Numbered from the stretch's first letter, positions 29,617-40,290 are shown. The stretch is 64,000 nt of DNA from Candidatus Deferrimicrobiaceae bacterium (GCA_963792415.1 CAWBVY010000004.1:256001-320000); one strand, 5' to 3'. Notes: generated from the letters alone by a model not told the origin. Made by a program: numbers and translations.

Positions 29617-30587
29617 GGAGAACGGGAGCGATCATCGCGGCGGCCGCAGCGGCGCTGCTTCTTTACGCGGGGACGGCGTTCCCCCGCGTGATCGACGGCG
29701 TCGTCGCGCTGGTGAACGAGGAGCCGGTCACTTTTTCCGAGGTGCGGGAGGCGGTGTCGGAAGGGATGGGAATCCCGGCGGGGGAAGCGGATGCGGTCCT
29801 GCGCGAGGAGCGCGACAACCGCACGGTGCTGCGCTGGATCGAGGGCCTCGTCGATTCCGTCCTGGTGCGCAAGGAACTGGAGAAACAGGGCCAGCCGATC
29901 CTGGAAACGGAGATCGACAAGGCCGTCGAATCCGTCCGGAAGGCGAACGGCCTGAACGAGGCGCAGTTCAGCGAACTGCTCGCGAAGGAGGGGATCACCC
30001 TTCCCGCGTACCGCCGCCGCATCCGGTGGCAGATGGAGCGCGGCGCGATCGTCCGGGCGCGCAAGTACAAGGAGGTCCAGGTCACGGAAAGCGAGGTGCG
30101 GGACTACTTCCATGAGAACCGGGAGCGGTTCCTGGTCGGCGTGAAGGTCCGGCTCGAGACCCTCTTCTTCCCGATCGCCTCCTCGCCGTCCGCGGCCCTC
30201 GACACCGCGCAGGCGCGGATCGCCGTGCAGCAGGCGGCCGAGGCGATCCGGGCGGGAGGCACCTTTGCCGAGGCGGAGGCGTTGGTTCGCGGGACGTTTC
30301 CCATGGTTCAGTTCCACGCCGCCGGCTTCGTGACGACCGAGGATCTTCTCCCGGAGCTGCAGCGGGAGGTTCGACGCCTGCGGGCCGGGGAAGCATCCCC
30401 GCCGTTCTCCACCGAGGCGGGGGCATATCTGGTGCGGGTCGTCGAGCGCCAGGGGGGGGCGCCCGGCGATTTCTCCGCAGTGAAGGACGCGTTGACCGAG
30501 GAACTCACCGACCGCCGCAGCGAGAAGGCGTTTTCCGACATCCTCTTGGAGCTGAGGCGGTCGGCCTCGATCGACGTACGTCTCTGA
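29613..30587 (+). CDS. surA: SurA N-terminal-domain chaperone
   Basis: TTG start overlapping upstream TGA; signal peptide; VIDGVVALVNEEPVTFSE; precedes pdxA. Confidence 0.75.
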   Translation: MRRTGAIIAAAAAALLLYAGTAFPRVIDGVVALVNEEPVTFSEVREAVSEGMGIPAGEADAVLREERDNRTVLRWIEGLVDSVLVRKELEKQGQPILETEIDKAVESVRKANGLNEAQFSELLAKEGITLPAYRRRIRWQMERGAIVRARKYKEVQVTESEVRDYFHENRERFLVGVKVRLETLFFPIASSPSAALDTAQARIAVQQAAEAIRAGGTFAEAEALVRGTFPMVQFHAAGFVTTEDLLPELQREVRRLRAGEASPPFSTEAGAYLVRVVERQGGAPGDFSAVKDALTEELTDRRSEKAFSDILLELRRSASIDVRL

Positions 30588-30613
30588 CCCGCCCTCCGGC
30601 AGGGGAACCCTCC

Positions 30614-31597
30614 ATGCTCCCGAAGATCGCCATCACGATGGGGGACCCCGCGGGGATCGGCCCGGAGGTCGCCGTCCTCGCCCACGCGCGGGAGGAGCTC
30701 TGCTCCCGGTGCCGCCCGGTGGTGTACGGCGACCCGGCGATCCTCCGGCGCGCGATACGTGCGACGGGCGTGTCCCTCGCGATCGCAGGGGAAGGCGAGG
30801 AACCGGGACCCGGGCGGATCGTCGTCGCGGCCCGCTCCTCCCTCGACCCGGGCCAGGTTCCGTACGGACGCCCCTCCCTCCCCGGCTCCGTCGCGATGGC
30901 CGGGTACATCCGATCCGCGACGCGGGACGTTCTCTCCGGCAGGGCCGCGGCGATCGTCACCTGCCCGATCACGAAGGAAGGGTTGAAGGCGGCGGGCGTC
31001 CCGTTCCCCGGCCACACCGAGTTCCTCGCCCACCTGTGCGGCGGCGCCGACGTGGTGATGATGCTCGCGGGCGACCGGCTGCGCGTCGCCCTGGTCACGA
31101 TCCACGTCGGATTGCGCCGCGCCCTGGAACTTCTCTCTCCCCCGCTCATCGAAAGGACCGTGCGGATCACCGACGCTTTCTTCCGTAAGTACATGGGGAC
31201 CCCCTCGCCGCGGATCGCCGTGGCGGCGCTGAACCCCCACGCGGGCGAAGGGGGGATGTTCGGCGACGACGAGACGACGCTCATCGCGCCCGCGATCTCG
31301 GCCTGCCGGGGCGCGGGGATCGACGCCTCGGGCCCGTTCCCTCCCGACACGATCTTTTTCCGCGCGTACCGGGGGGAGTTCGACGTCGTCGTCGCGATGA
31401 CGCACGATCACGGCCTCATCCCCCTGAAGCTCGTCCACTTCGACGACGGGGTGAACGTGACGATGGGCCTGCCGATCCTCCGGACCTCGGTGGACCACGG
31501 CACCGCCTACGACATCGCCGGAAAGGGGACCGCGAACCCCGCGAGCCTGCTGGCCGCCGTCCGGATGGCCGCGTCGATGGTGGGGATGGCGTCATGA
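30614..31597 (+). CDS. pdxA: 4-hydroxythreonine-4-phosphate dehydrogenase
   Basis: ITMGDPAGIGPE, GHTEFL, LNPHAGE, RTSVDHGTAYDIAGKG. Confidence 0.96.
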   Translation: MLPKIAITMGDPAGIGPEVAVLAHAREELCSRCRPVVYGDPAILRRAIRATGVSLAIAGEGEEPGPGRIVVAARSSLDPGQVPYGRPSLPGSVAMAGYIRSATRDVLSGRAAAIVTCPITKEGLKAAGVPFPGHTEFLAHLCGGADVVMMLAGDRLRVALVTIHVGLRRALELLSPPLIERTVRITDAFFRKYMGTPSPRIAVAALNPHAGEGGMFGDDETTLIAPAISACRGAGIDASGPFPPDTIFFRAYRGEFDVVVAMTHDHGLIPLKLVHFDDGVNVTMGLPILRTSVDHGTAYDIAGKGTANPASLLAAVRMAASMVGMAS

Positions 31598-31635
31598 ATC
31601 AGGTACCGTAGACACAGGGCGCCCCAACACGAGAG

Positions 31636-31772
31636 GGTCCGGCTGCGCCGCCTCGGAGCGGGGGCTCCGTTCGTGGCTCGCCGTGCGGTGAACCTGCACG
31701 GCTGCGCTTTACCTCACTGCGCCCCCCTCCTGCGGCGACTCCGCCGAAGGGGTAATCCCGGAGGCCCTCCGG
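31636..31772. repeat. Nested inverted-repeat intergenic element (REP/MITE-like or structured RNA)
   Basis: Three nested stems (31640-51/31732-46, 31655-65/31721-30, 31680-88/31693-702) plus hairpin at 31758-72. Confidence 0.55.
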
Positions 31773-31829
31773 CTTCCTGGATCGGATTGGATACCTTGCC
31801 GTAAATATGATTGGAGCGACTGAGGAGAA

Positions 31830-34670
31830 GTGGCCGTGGCCCTGGACCGGATCATCGTGCGCGGCGCCCGCGCGCACAACCTGAAGAACATCGACGTCGA
31901 GATCCCCCGCGACCGGCTCGTCGTGATCACCGGGGTCTCGGGCTCCGGGAAGTCGTCGCTCGCCTTCGACACGATCTACGCCGAGGGGCAGCGGCGGTAC
32001 GTGGAGTCGCTCTCCGCCTACGCCCGCCAGTTCCTCGAGCAGATGGAGAAGCCCGACGTCGACGTGATCGAGGGGCTTTCCCCCGCCATCTCGATCGAGC
32101 AGAAGTCGGTCGGGAAGAATCCCCGCTCCACCGTCGGGACGGTCACGGAGATCTACGACTACCTGCGGCTGCTCTTCTCCTCGATCGGACGGGTCCACTG
32201 TCCCTCCTGCGGGAAGGAGATCCGCCGCCAGACGGTGACGCAGATCGTCGACGCCGTGATGGCGATGGGAGACGGCGCGCGCGTCCAGCTGTGGGCGCCG
32301 ATCGTCCGGGGGCGCAAGGGGGAGTACCGCAAGGAGCTCGCGAAGCTGTCCGGCGACGGCTTTTCCCGCGTGGTGGTGGACGGGGAGACGAGGGACCCCG
32401 CGGAGCCGATCGCCCTCGACAAGCAGCGCAAGCACGACATCGACGTCGTCGTGGACCGCTTGAAGGTCTCGGAAGGATCCCGCGGCCGTTTGGCCGACTC
32501 CGTCGCGCTCTGTCTCAAGCTGTCCGAGGGGCTGGTGCGCGTGGTCGACGGGCAGGGGAGCGGCACGATCTTCAGCGAGAAGTTCGCCTGCCCCGATTGC
32601 GGCGTGAGCCTCCCCGAGGTCGTCCCGCGGCTGTTCTCCTTCAACAGTCCCCACGGCGCCTGCCCGGAGTGCGACGGGCTCGGGTCGACGATCTACTTCG
32701 ACCCGGACCTCGTGGTCCCCGACCCCGGGAAGACGATCCACCAGGGGGCGATCGACCCGTGGAGCCGGCGCACCCAGATCTTCTACCGCCAGACGCTCGC
32801 CTCCCTGGCGTCCCACTACCGATTTTCCCTCGACGTGCCGTTCGGAAAGCTCCCGGATCGGATCCGGCGCCTCGTCCTGTTCGGATCGGCCGGGGAGTCG
32901 ATCCGGTTCGCCCTCGAGGAAGGTGACCGGCGCTTCTCCTTCACCAAGCCGTTCGAGGGGGTGGTGAACAACCTCGAGCGGCGCTTCCGGGAGACCGACT
33001 CCGAGGACGTGCGGGAAGAGCTCTCCCGGTACATGAACAACCGGCCGTGCCGGGCGTGCGGTGGGGCGCGCCTGAAAAAAGAGGCGCTGTGCGTCGCCGT
33101 GGGAGGGAAGGGGATCGACGGCGTGACCGCCCTGCCGGTCGAGGAGGCGCTCGCCTTCTTTCGCGGCCTTCCGCTGTCGGCCCGCGAGGAGGAGATCGCC
33201 TCCCGGATCCTGAAGGAGATCCGGTCGCGCCTCACCTTCCTCGCGAACGTCGGGCTCTCCTACCTCACGCTGTCGCGGGCCTCGGCGACCCTTTCCGGCG
33301 GCGAGGGGCAGCGGATCCGGCTGGCCACGCAGATCGGCGCGTCGCTGATGGGCGTCCTCTACATCCTCGACGAGCCGTCGATCGGGCTGCACCAGCGGGA
33401 CAACCGGCGGCTCCTGTCCACCCTTACCCGGCTGCGCGACCTGGGGAACACGGTGCTGGTGGTCGAGCACGACGAGGAGACGATCCGGACCGCGGATTAC
33501 GTGATCGACATGGGACCGGGGGCGGGGGAGCACGGCGGGCACGTGGTGGCGGCGGGCCCCCCGGAGGAGATCGTCCGGTGCGAGGCGTCGCTCACCGGGA
33601 GGTACCTCGCGGGGAAGAAGGAGATCCCCGTGCCGCGGGAGCGGCGCCGCTTCAACGGACACGCGCTGCGGCTCGAGGGGTGCCGGGCGAACAACCTGAA
33701 GGGGATCGACGTGTCGATCCCGCTCGGGGTCATCACGTGCGTCACCGGCGTCTCGGGCTCCGGCAAGTCGACGTTGATCCTCGACACCCTCTACAAGGCG
33801 CTCGCCCAGAAGCTCACCGGCGGACGGGAGCGGCCCGGGGAACACCGGTCGCTGTCGGGGCTGGAACACGTCGACAAGGTGATCCACATCGACCAGTCCC
33901 CCATCGGACGCACCCCGCGATCGAACCCGGCGACCTACTCCGGCGTCTTCACGCCGATCCGGGACCTGTTCGCGATGCTCCCCGAGAGCAAATCCCGCGG
34001 GTACCGTCCCGGGCGCTACTCCTTCAACGTGCGAGGGGGGCGGTGCGAGGCGTGCGAGGGGGACGGGATCATAAAGATCGAGATGCACTTCATGCCGGAC
34101 GTCTACGTCACGTGCGAGGAGTGCCGGGGGCGGCGGTACAATCGGGAGACGCTCGAGGTCGCCTACAAGGGGAAGAGCGTCGCGGACGTCCTCGAGATGA
34201 CGGTCGACCAGGCGCTGGCGTTCCTTTCCCCCATCCCGCCGATCCGGCACAAGCTGGAGACGCTGTCGCGCGTCGGGCTGGGGTACATCCGGCTGGGGCA
34301 GTCGGCCACCACGCTGTCGGGTGGGGAGGCGCAGCGGGTGAAGCTCGCACGGGAGCTGTCGCGCCGGGCGACGGGGAAGACGGTCTACCTGCTCGACGAG
34401 CCGACGACCGGGCTCCACTTCGACGACATCTCGAAGCTCCTCGCCGTCCTCCACCTCTTCGCGGACGCGGGGAACACGGTGATCATCATCGAGCACAACC
34501 TCGATGTCATCAAGTCGGCGGACCACATAATCGATCTGGGACCGGAAGGGGGCGACGCCGGCGGCGAGATCGTCGCGCGCGGCACCCCCGAGGAGGTTGC
34601 GGAAAACCCGCGCTCCTTCACCGGTCACTTCCTGCGCCGGGTTCTCCACCTCCCCGCCGCCGCGGGCTGA
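31830..34670 (+). CDS. uvrA: Excinuclease ABC subunit A
   Basis: [10 protein letters not shown], two GVSGSGKS Walker A, Zn-finger CxxC pairs, two LSGGE. Confidence 0.98.
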   Translation: MAVALDRIIVRGARAHNLKNIDVEIPRDRLVVITGVSGSGKSSLAFDTIYAEGQRRYVESLSAYARQFLEQMEKPDVDVIEGLSPAISIEQKSVGKNPRSTVGTVTEIYDYLRLLFSSIGRVHCPSCGKEIRRQTVTQIVDAVMAMGDGARVQLWAPIVRGRKGEYRKELAKLSGDGFSRVVVDGETRDPAEPIALDKQRKHDIDVVVDRLKVSEGSRGRLADSVALCLKLSEGLVRVVDGQGSGTIFSEKFACPDCGVSLPEVVPRLFSFNSPHGACPECDGLGSTIYFDPDLVVPDPGKTIHQGAIDPWSRRTQIFYRQTLASLASHYRFSLDVPFGKLPDRIRRLVLFGSAGESIRFALEEGDRRFSFTKPFEGVVNNLERRFRETDSEDVREELSRYMNNRPCRACGGARLKKEALCVAVGGKGIDGVTALPVEEALAFFRGLPLSAREEEIASRILKEIRSRLTFLANVGLSYLTLSRASATLSGGEGQRIRLATQIGASLMGVLYILDEPSIGLHQRDNRRLLSTLTRLRDLGNTVLVVEHDEETIRTADYVIDMGPGAGEHGGHVVAAGPPEEIVRCEASLTGRYLAGKKEIPVPRERRRFNGHALRLEGCRANNLKGIDVSIPLGVITCVTGVSGSGKSTLILDTLYKALAQKLTGGRERPGEHRSLSGLEHVDKVIHIDQSPIGRTPRSNPATYSGVFTPIRDLFAMLPESKSRGYRPGRYSFNVRGGRCEACEGDGIIKIEMHFMPDVYVTCEECRGRRYNRETLEVAYKGKSVADVLEMTVDQALAFLSPIPPIRHKLETLSRVGLGYIRLGQSATTLSGGEAQRVKLARELSRRATGKTVYLLDEPTTGLHFDDISKLLAVLHLFADAGNTVIIIEHNLDVIKSADHIIDLGPEGGDAGGEIVARGTPEEVAENPRSFTGHFLRRVLHLPAAAG

Positions 34671-35525
34671 TCAGCGTTCCTCCCCCGGCCCCCGGAACCT
34701 GGCCCACTCCCAGGCGAGGATCGCCTTCTTCCGGGTCCCACCCCCGCCGTATCCCCCGAAGGCCCCCGTTTTCCGGAGGACCCGGTGGCACGGGATGAGG
34801 AAGGCGACGGGGTTCCGTCCCACGGCGTTTCCGACGGCGCGCACCGCTTTCGGCGTGCCGATTCGTGCGGCGACGTCCTCGTAGGCGACGACTCTGCCCG
34901 CAGGGATCCGGAGGAGGGCTTCCCAGACCTTGATCTGGAAGTTGGTTCCCTTGACGATCACGTTCAGCGGTGGGGTGCCCGCCTGCCCCGGGGAGGCGAA
35001 GATACGGTCCGCCACGGGTTTCGTGGCCTTCGGGTCTTCGACGAGCCTCGACCCCGCCCACTCCTTCCGGAGCGCTTCCACCGCTTCCCGGGCGCCGCGC
35101 TGCCCCAGGAACGACAGCGCGCAGATTCCCTTGCCGGTGATCGCGAGCAGGAAGTCTCCGAAGGGGCCCCGGTGGACTCCGTGGCGGATCGTGAGACCCG
35201 CTCCCTCCTCTTTCAATTCCCCCGGGGTGACGGCGTAGACGTTTACGATCAGGTCGTGAAGCCGTCCCGACCCCGAAAGCCCGGCCTCCCAGGCGGCCTC
35301 GAGCACGCTCGGCGACTCCCTGAGCAACCCCCTGGCGTACTCCGCGGTCAGAAACTGGAGGAACCGTTTCGGGCTGATTCCGGCCCACCTCGTGAAGAGG
35401 CGATGGAAGTGGTACTCGCTGAGCCCCGCCTTCCCGGCCACTTCCTTCAGGCTCGGCTGTCTTCGGAAGCCCTGGTCGAGAAAAAGGATCGCTTTTTCGA
35501 TCCGCGCGTAATCCATCGGGCGCAT
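34671..35525 (-). CDS. AraC-HTH/O6-methylguanine-DNA methyltransferase fusion (Ada-like, no N-terminal Zn domain)
   Basis: LSEYHFHRLFTRWAGISPKRF; GTNFQIKVWEAL; active-site IPCHRV. Confidence 0.9.
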   Translation of the reverse strand: MRPMDYARIEKAILFLDQGFRRQPSLKEVAGKAGLSEYHFHRLFTRWAGISPKRFLQFLTAEYARGLLRESPSVLEAAWEAGLSGSGRLHDLIVNVYAVTPGELKEEGAGLTIRHGVHRGPFGDFLLAITGKGICALSFLGQRGAREAVEALRKEWAGSRLVEDPKATKPVADRIFASPGQAGTPPLNVIVKGTNFQIKVWEALLRIPAGRVVAYEDVAARIGTPKAVRAVGNAVGRNPVAFLIPCHRVLRKTGAFGGYGGGGTRKKAILAWEWARFRGPGEER

Positions 35526-35643
35526 GATCCCCCTCCTCCCCGTTGTACGCTCCCGATTTCCACGATGACATCCGGAGGATGGGAGATCAATCCGGTTCTT
35601 GCGCTCCCGGAAATGCGAAGAGGGCGGGGGCGACCCGCCGGGA

Positions 35644-36195
35644 TCAGGCCGCGGACGGTTTCTTCGCGCCGCTCCCGTTGCCGTTGTGCAGCTTGCGAAC
35701 GATTTCCTCGGGGAAGAGGTGGTCCACTTCCTTCGCTACCACGTCGAGGATCGGGTGGGTCCGGTTCTCGTCCGCAAGGCACCACACCTCGTCCATGTCC
35801 TCGTCGACGGTCAGCACGCCCTCCGAGACCACGAGCGGGAACATGATGCAGAAGCGCGGCTTGAACTCCCACTCGTGTCTCCCCCGGTCGATCGCCGCCT
35901 TCTGCAGGGAGCAGCCGTGGGCCGGATGGAAGAAGACGCACGCGTCGCCGACCACGGTCGTCTCGACCGCCGTGCCGCTCGGGCAGTCGGAATCTTTCGT
36001 CGTCTCTCCGAACCAGAGGGAAGGGTTTCTCGCCTCCTCCCGGACGTACGGGAGGAAGAGGTCGGCGTGCCGCAGGATCAGTTCCCGCTCCCCGATGTCG
36101 GCCCATACGCCGTGCCGGCAGCATCGGCTCTTGCACCGGTCGAGCGCGCAGTGGTGGGGGAACTTCGCGTGAAATACGTGCGGGTCGATCTTCAT
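35644..36195 (-). CDS. Cys-cluster protein (DUF3109/YkgJ-like)
   Basis: CALDRCKSRCCRHG, CVFF, GCSLQ, FKPRFCIMFP. Confidence 0.7.
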   Translation of the reverse strand: MKIDPHVFHAKFPHHCALDRCKSRCCRHGVWADIGERELILRHADLFLPYVREEARNPSLWFGETTKDSDCPSGTAVETTVVGDACVFFHPAHGCSLQKAAIDRGRHEWEFKPRFCIMFPLVVSEGVLTVDEDMDEVWCLADENRTHPILDVVAKEVDHLFPEEIVRKLHNGNGSGAKKPSAA

Positions 36196-36254
36196 CGGGG
36201 AACACCTTTCCAATGTCCGTAAAATTGTCCGCGCATGCGGCGTGCCTTTTTCCC

Positions 36255-36283
36255 ATTCTATTCGCGCGAACGTCCGCGGGCAA
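36255..36283 (-). promoter_or_regulatory. Putative sigma70 promoter
   Basis: Minus strand TTGCCC-N17-TAGAAT. Confidence 0.5.
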
Positions 36284-36380
36284 GGCCGGGGGGAGTTTTT
36301 CCTCCCCCGAGCGTGAAAAAAAGTACGCCACTCGCGGCGGCGCCCGGCGCGAGGGGTTGCGGAAGAAGTCGGACGGCAAC

Positions 36381-36410
36381 GAAAAGGGGCTCCCGGAGGA
36401 GCCCCTTTTC
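36381..36410 (-). terminator. Intrinsic terminator downstream of atpE
   Basis: GAAAAGGGGCTCC-CGGA-GGAGCCCCTTTTC perfect inverted repeat. Confidence 0.8.
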
Positions 36411-36438
36411 GCAAGATCCGTTTTCGTCGCGCGCCGGG

Positions 36439-36771
36439 CTACAGCTTCCCGACGAGGACGAACGCGATGACCAGCGCGTAGATGACGAGGGACTCGATCA
36501 GCGCGAGTCCGACGATCATCGGGATGAAGATCTTGTTCTGGGCGGAAGGGTTGCGCGCGATCCCCTCCAGCCCGGCTGCGATGGCTTTGCCCTGGCCCAT
36601 CGCGCCGCCGAACGCGGCGATCGCGATGCCGAACCCTGCCGCCAGAGCGATGACGGCCTTCACGTTGGAATCGCCGCCCGCGGCGGGAGTGCCTTCCGCC
36701 GCCAAAGCCACCGACGCCACTGCCACGAAGAGCAGAGCGACGAGGAAAGAGAAAGTGAACCTGCGGAACAT
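36439..36771 (-). CDS. atpE: ATP synthase Fo subunit c
   Basis: GIAIAAFGGAMGQG, IARNP loop, LIESLVIYAL. Confidence 0.95.
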   Translation of the reverse strand: MFRRFTFSFLVALLFVAVASVALAAEGTPAAGGDSNVKAVIALAAGFGIAIAAFGGAMGQGKAIAAGLEGIARNPSAQNKIFIPMIVGLALIESLVIYALVIAFVLVGKL

Positions 36772-36864
36772 TGGGTGTTCCCCCTTTCAGGATGTCCCCG
36801 GGAGCCGGTTCCGCCCGGCGGCCGGGGTGAAGCCTTTATCATCGACCGGGGGGTCACCCCCGGA

Positions 36865-37620
36865 TCAATGCTCCTCCGCGTGCGTCACGGCCCCCGAAAT
36901 GTAGATCATCGAGAGCACGGTGAAGATGAACGCCTGCATGAACGAAACGAAGACGCCGAGGCCCATGAAGACCGAGGGGACGACGATGGGGATGAGCGCC
37001 ATGAAACCGGCCACCACCGCGTGGTCGCCCGTGATGTTCCCGAAGAGACGGAGGGAGAGCGACATCGGCCGCGCCAGGTGGGAGATGATCTCGATCGGAA
37101 GCATGATCGGCGCCATCCACCACACGGGGCCGAGGAAATGCTTGAGGTAGGCGATCCCGTTCTCCCGCAGCCCGAAGTAGTGGGTCGACAGGAAGATGAC
37201 GAGCGCGAGGCCGAGGGTGATGTTCATCTTCTGCGTGGGCGGGAGGAACCCCGGGATGAGCCCGATGAGGTTCATGAACAGGATGAAGAGGAAGCAGGTC
37301 CCCAGGAGCGGGAGGTACTTTCTGTAATGGTGCCCGATGATGTCCTCGGCCAGTTGCTGGAGGAACCCCAGGATCAGCTCGAAGAGGTTGCGCAGCGTGA
37401 ACCGGGTGTCGGGGATCACCATCTCTTCCGTCTTCTTCCCCCCGACGACCACCGCCGCCGCGACGAGCAGGAAGACGGCGATGAAGACCGCCGCGTATAT
37501 GTAGAAGAGGTGTTCCCCTCCAGGCAGCATCATGAACCAGGAGAACCCGTGGCCTCCCGCCGCCAGCGCCGTCGTCGGCAGCGCCGCGACGGCCAGGAGC
37601 CCGAGAATTGCTTTCCGCAT
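36865..37620 (-). CDS. atpB: ATP synthase Fo subunit a
   Basis: NLIGLIPGF, ARPMSLSLRLFGNI, MQAFIFTVLSMIYI. Confidence 0.96.
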   Translation of the reverse strand: MRKAILGLLAVAALPTTALAAGGHGFSWFMMLPGGEHLFYIYAAVFIAVFLLVAAAVVVGGKKTEEMVIPDTRFTLRNLFELILGFLQQLAEDIIGHHYRKYLPLLGTCFLFILFMNLIGLIPGFLPPTQKMNITLGLALVIFLSTHYFGLRENGIAYLKHFLGPVWWMAPIMLPIEIISHLARPMSLSLRLFGNITGDHAVVAGFMALIPIVVPSVFMGLGVFVSFMQAFIFTVLSMIYISGAVTHAEEH

Positions 37621-37649
37621 CGTTCCTACCCCCGTCGATCGCGAAACGA

Positions 37650-38045
37650 TCACGCGTTTGGTTCGAACGACCTCGCCAGCGCCTCGAGGAGGATCCCGAG
37701 GAAGAGCGAGGAGAGCCCGAGCAGAAACCCCAAAAGGTCGAACCCGCCGTACCGGACGACGAGGTAGACGACACCGATCAACCCCAGGAACTTCAGCGCG
37801 TACTGGACGACGAACCCCTTGGAGACCGCCCCCCCGCCCGAGAACGCCCTCTCCAGGATCTTCCTTATGAGGAAGAAGTTTCCGCACGCGATGCCGGCCC
37901 CGCAAACCGCTCCGGGGAGCATCGAGACGCTCGCCGCTCCCGTCGCGACCGCGACCCCGATCCCCGCGAGGATCAGCCCCGCCGAGAGGAAGATCCGGTT
38001 CGTCAGCGCCCGCAGCGACAACCGGTCCGGGGCGTCACGACCCAC
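37650..38045 (-). CDS. atpI: ATP synthase protein I
   Basis: Four TM segments, position directly upstream of atpB. Confidence 0.75.
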   Translation of the reverse strand: MGRDAPDRLSLRALTNRIFLSAGLILAGIGVAVATGAASVSMLPGAVCGAGIACGNFFLIRKILERAFSGGGAVSKGFVVQYALKFLGLIGVVYLVVRYGGFDLLGFLLGLSSLFLGILLEALARSFEPNA

Positions 38046-38301
38046 CGGGCTTCCTCCGCCGCTCCTCTTCCCGCTCCAGGTCTTTCCCGGACCGCACGGC
38101 GGCGCGGTAGAGGCTGCGCACCCCGGCGGCGAACCCGAGACCGATCCAGACGATCATCAGCCACGGCTCCGTCCCGAGCCAGCGGTCGAGGTAGTACCCG
38201 ATCCCCATCCCGATCACGACCGACAGCGCCATCTCGAGCCCGAGGGCGCTGTACTTCCCCAGTTCCCGGAAGAACGCCTTTCGGTCCTGTCGGTCGGTCA
38301 T
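38035..38301 (-). CDS. atpZ: AtpZ/AtpI-family accessory protein
   Basis: GMGIGYYLDRWLGTEPWLMIVWIGLGFAAG. Confidence 0.85.
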   Translation of the reverse strand: MTDRQDRKAFFRELGKYSALGLEMALSVVIGMGIGYYLDRWLGTEPWLMIVWIGLGFAAGVRSLYRAAVRSGKDLEREEERRRKPGGS

Positions 38302-38353
38302 GAGGGCAAACGCCGGATATTTATCACAGGATCCGGGAACGCGTCAACGGAAA

Positions 38354-39646
38354 TCAGAGCGTGGCCAGGACGGCTTTGGCGGCGGCGATCGTCCGGTCGA
38401 GGTCCCGCTTCGTGTGCGCCAGGGAGACGAACCCCGCCTCGAACTGGGACGGCGCGAGGTAGACCCCGCGGGAGAGCATCCCGTGGAACCAGGCCGCGTA
38501 CCGTTTCGTGTCGCTCCGCTTCGCCGAGGCGTAGTCCGTCACCGGGCCCTTCTGAAAGAAGGTCGTCCCCATCGAGCCCACGCGGTTCGTCCAGGTCGGG
38601 ACGCCGGAGGCTTTGATCGCCTTCGCCATCCCCTCCGCGAGGTAATCCGCCTTCGCGTTCAGTTCCTTGTAGGCCCCCCTGCGGGAAAGTTCCGTGAGCG
38701 CGGCGATCCCCGCCGCCACGGCGAGCGGATTCCCGGAAAGGGTCCCCGCCTGGTAGACCGGGCCGACCGGCGAGAGGGCGTCCATGATCTCCTTCCGCCC
38801 GCCGAAGGCCCCCACCGGGAGGCCGCCGCCGATGATCTTGCCGAGGATCGTCAGGTCGGGAACGACACCGAGCAGTTCCTGCGCCCCGCCGAACGCGACG
38901 CGGAACCCCGAGATCACCTCGTCGAAGACGAGGAGCGCCCCATGCTTCTTCGCAAGCGCCTGCAGTTCGGCCAGGAAGCCGGGCTCGGGGGGGACCACTC
39001 CCATGTTGCCGGGAATCGGCTCCACGAAGATCGCCGCGACCTGCTTCCGGTTTTTCTCGAGGAGCCTCCGCACGGAGGCGATGTCGTTGAAGGCGGCGGT
39101 CAAGGTGAGTTTCGCCAGCACCGCCGGGACGCCGGGGGAGTCGGGCTGGCCGAAGGTGAGGACCCCCGAGCCGGCTTTCACCAGCATCGAATCGGCGTGG
39201 CCGTGGTACCCGCCTTCGAACTTGATGATCTTGTCCCTCCCCGTGTACCCCCGTGCCAGCCGCATCGCGCTCATCGCCGCCTCGGTCCCGGAGGAGACGA
39301 GGCGGACCTTCTCGACGGAGGGGAACGCCTTGCGGATCAGGTGCGCGAGCCCCACCTCTCCCGGCGTGGGAGCCCCGTAGCTCGTTCCCCGGCCGGCGGC
39401 CTTCTTGATGGCGGAGACGACCGCGGGGGGAGCGTGCCCGAGGATCATCGGGCCCCACGACCCGACGTAGTCGATGAAGGTGTTCCCGTCCACGTCGCGG
39501 ACGGAGGAGCCCTTCGCGCTCTCTATGAACAGGGGGGTCCCCCCGACGGAGCCGAACGCGCGGACGGGGGAGTTCACGCCTCCGGGGATCATCGTTTTCG
39601 CAAGGGCGAACAGCTTGCTCGAGGTGCTCGTCGTCAGGCGGGGCAC
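38354..39646 (-). CDS. hemL: Glutamate-1-semialdehyde 2,1-aminomutase
   Basis: IPGGVNSPVRAF, SWGPMILGH, FDEVISGFR, GKIIGGGLPVG, YQAGTLSGNP. Confidence 0.97.
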   Translation of the reverse strand: MPRLTTSTSSKLFALAKTMIPGGVNSPVRAFGSVGGTPLFIESAKGSSVRDVDGNTFIDYVGSWGPMILGHAPPAVVSAIKKAAGRGTSYGAPTPGEVGLAHLIRKAFPSVEKVRLVSSGTEAAMSAMRLARGYTGRDKIIKFEGGYHGHADSMLVKAGSGVLTFGQPDSPGVPAVLAKLTLTAAFNDIASVRRLLEKNRKQVAAIFVEPIPGNMGVVPPEPGFLAELQALAKKHGALLVFDEVISGFRVAFGGAQELLGVVPDLTILGKIIGGGLPVGAFGGRKEIMDALSPVGPVYQAGTLSGNPLAVAAGIAALTELSRRGAYKELNAKADYLAEGMAKAIKASGVPTWTNRVGSMGTTFFQKGPVTDYASAKRSDTKRYAAWFHGMLSRGVYLAPSQFEAGFVSLAHTKRDLDRTIAAAKAVLATL

Positions 39647-39694
39647 GGGGGGATCGGCCTCCTTCGCGGGATGGGATGCGTCGCAGGAGGTGGA

Positions 39695-39723
39695 ATTCTA
39701 GCCCCACGGGATCGAAGTGTCAA
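39695..39723 (-). promoter_or_regulatory. Sigma70 promoter of hemL
   Basis: Minus strand TTGACA-N17-TAGAAT. Confidence 0.7.
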
Positions 39724-39891
39724 GGTAAACCGCGGGATTTCCGCAGGATTCTCCAATATTGCAAAACGCCATTATAGAATCGCTTGACACGATGGGTGGC
39801 CAGGAGGTACAAGAGGAGTTTCCCCCCCGTTTCCGCAGTTTCATGTTTTATTCTCTGTCTTCCCAAGGGACGGGGTGAAAGGGGTGTCCGT

Positions 39892-40290
39892 GTGAGCATC
39901 GAGGACAAGGAGTTGATCGAAACGCGTTTCGGGCCGCTCTGGTCCGGGAAGACCGAGATCGCCTCCCGTGGCGGGGTGCGGACGTTCCGCGACGTGAGAC
40001 GCGCGCTCGACCTGGCGGGAGAGGACGTGATGTCGATCGACCTCCACGAATTGCCTGACGGGAACTTCGCCTACCGCTACTATGACGGCGACGACCGCCG
40101 GGTCGTGGTCCTGGTCTGCGACGCGGAAGGGGGGATCCTCGAGGAGCACCGGGCGCACATCGCGGAGTGGCTGGGGGATCTCTACTACGAAAGCGGCGCA
40201 CTCGCCTACGACGCGGACGCGATGCTCCACCTCCTCCGGAAAAAGAGCGAGGAGGGCGGGGCGCCCTCCGGGGAGGCGGGCCAATGTTGA
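39892..40290 (+). CDS. Hypothetical protein
   Basis: GTG start after AAGGGG; GC3-rich codon pattern; overlaps next ORF. Confidence 0.65.
   Translation: MSIEDKELIETRFGPLWSGKTEIASRGGVRTFRDVRRALDLAGEDVMSIDLHELPDGNFAYRYYDGDDRRVVVLVCDAEGGILEEHRAHIAEWLGDLYYESGALAYDADAMLHLLRKKSEEGGAPSGEAGQC

Noticed and set aside
27708-30587. Three consecutive PPIase/SurA genes
   Set aside because: mfd-PPIase-surA-pdxA clustering is an ordinary housekeeping arrangement in this group
34668-34673. uvrA and Ada-like gene stop codons abut (TGATCA)
   Set aside because: Tight convergent packing without further evidence of function
36795-36864. Two GC hairpins between atpB and atpE
   Set aside because: Consistent with ordinary mRNA stabilisation for c-subunit stoichiometry; not distinctive
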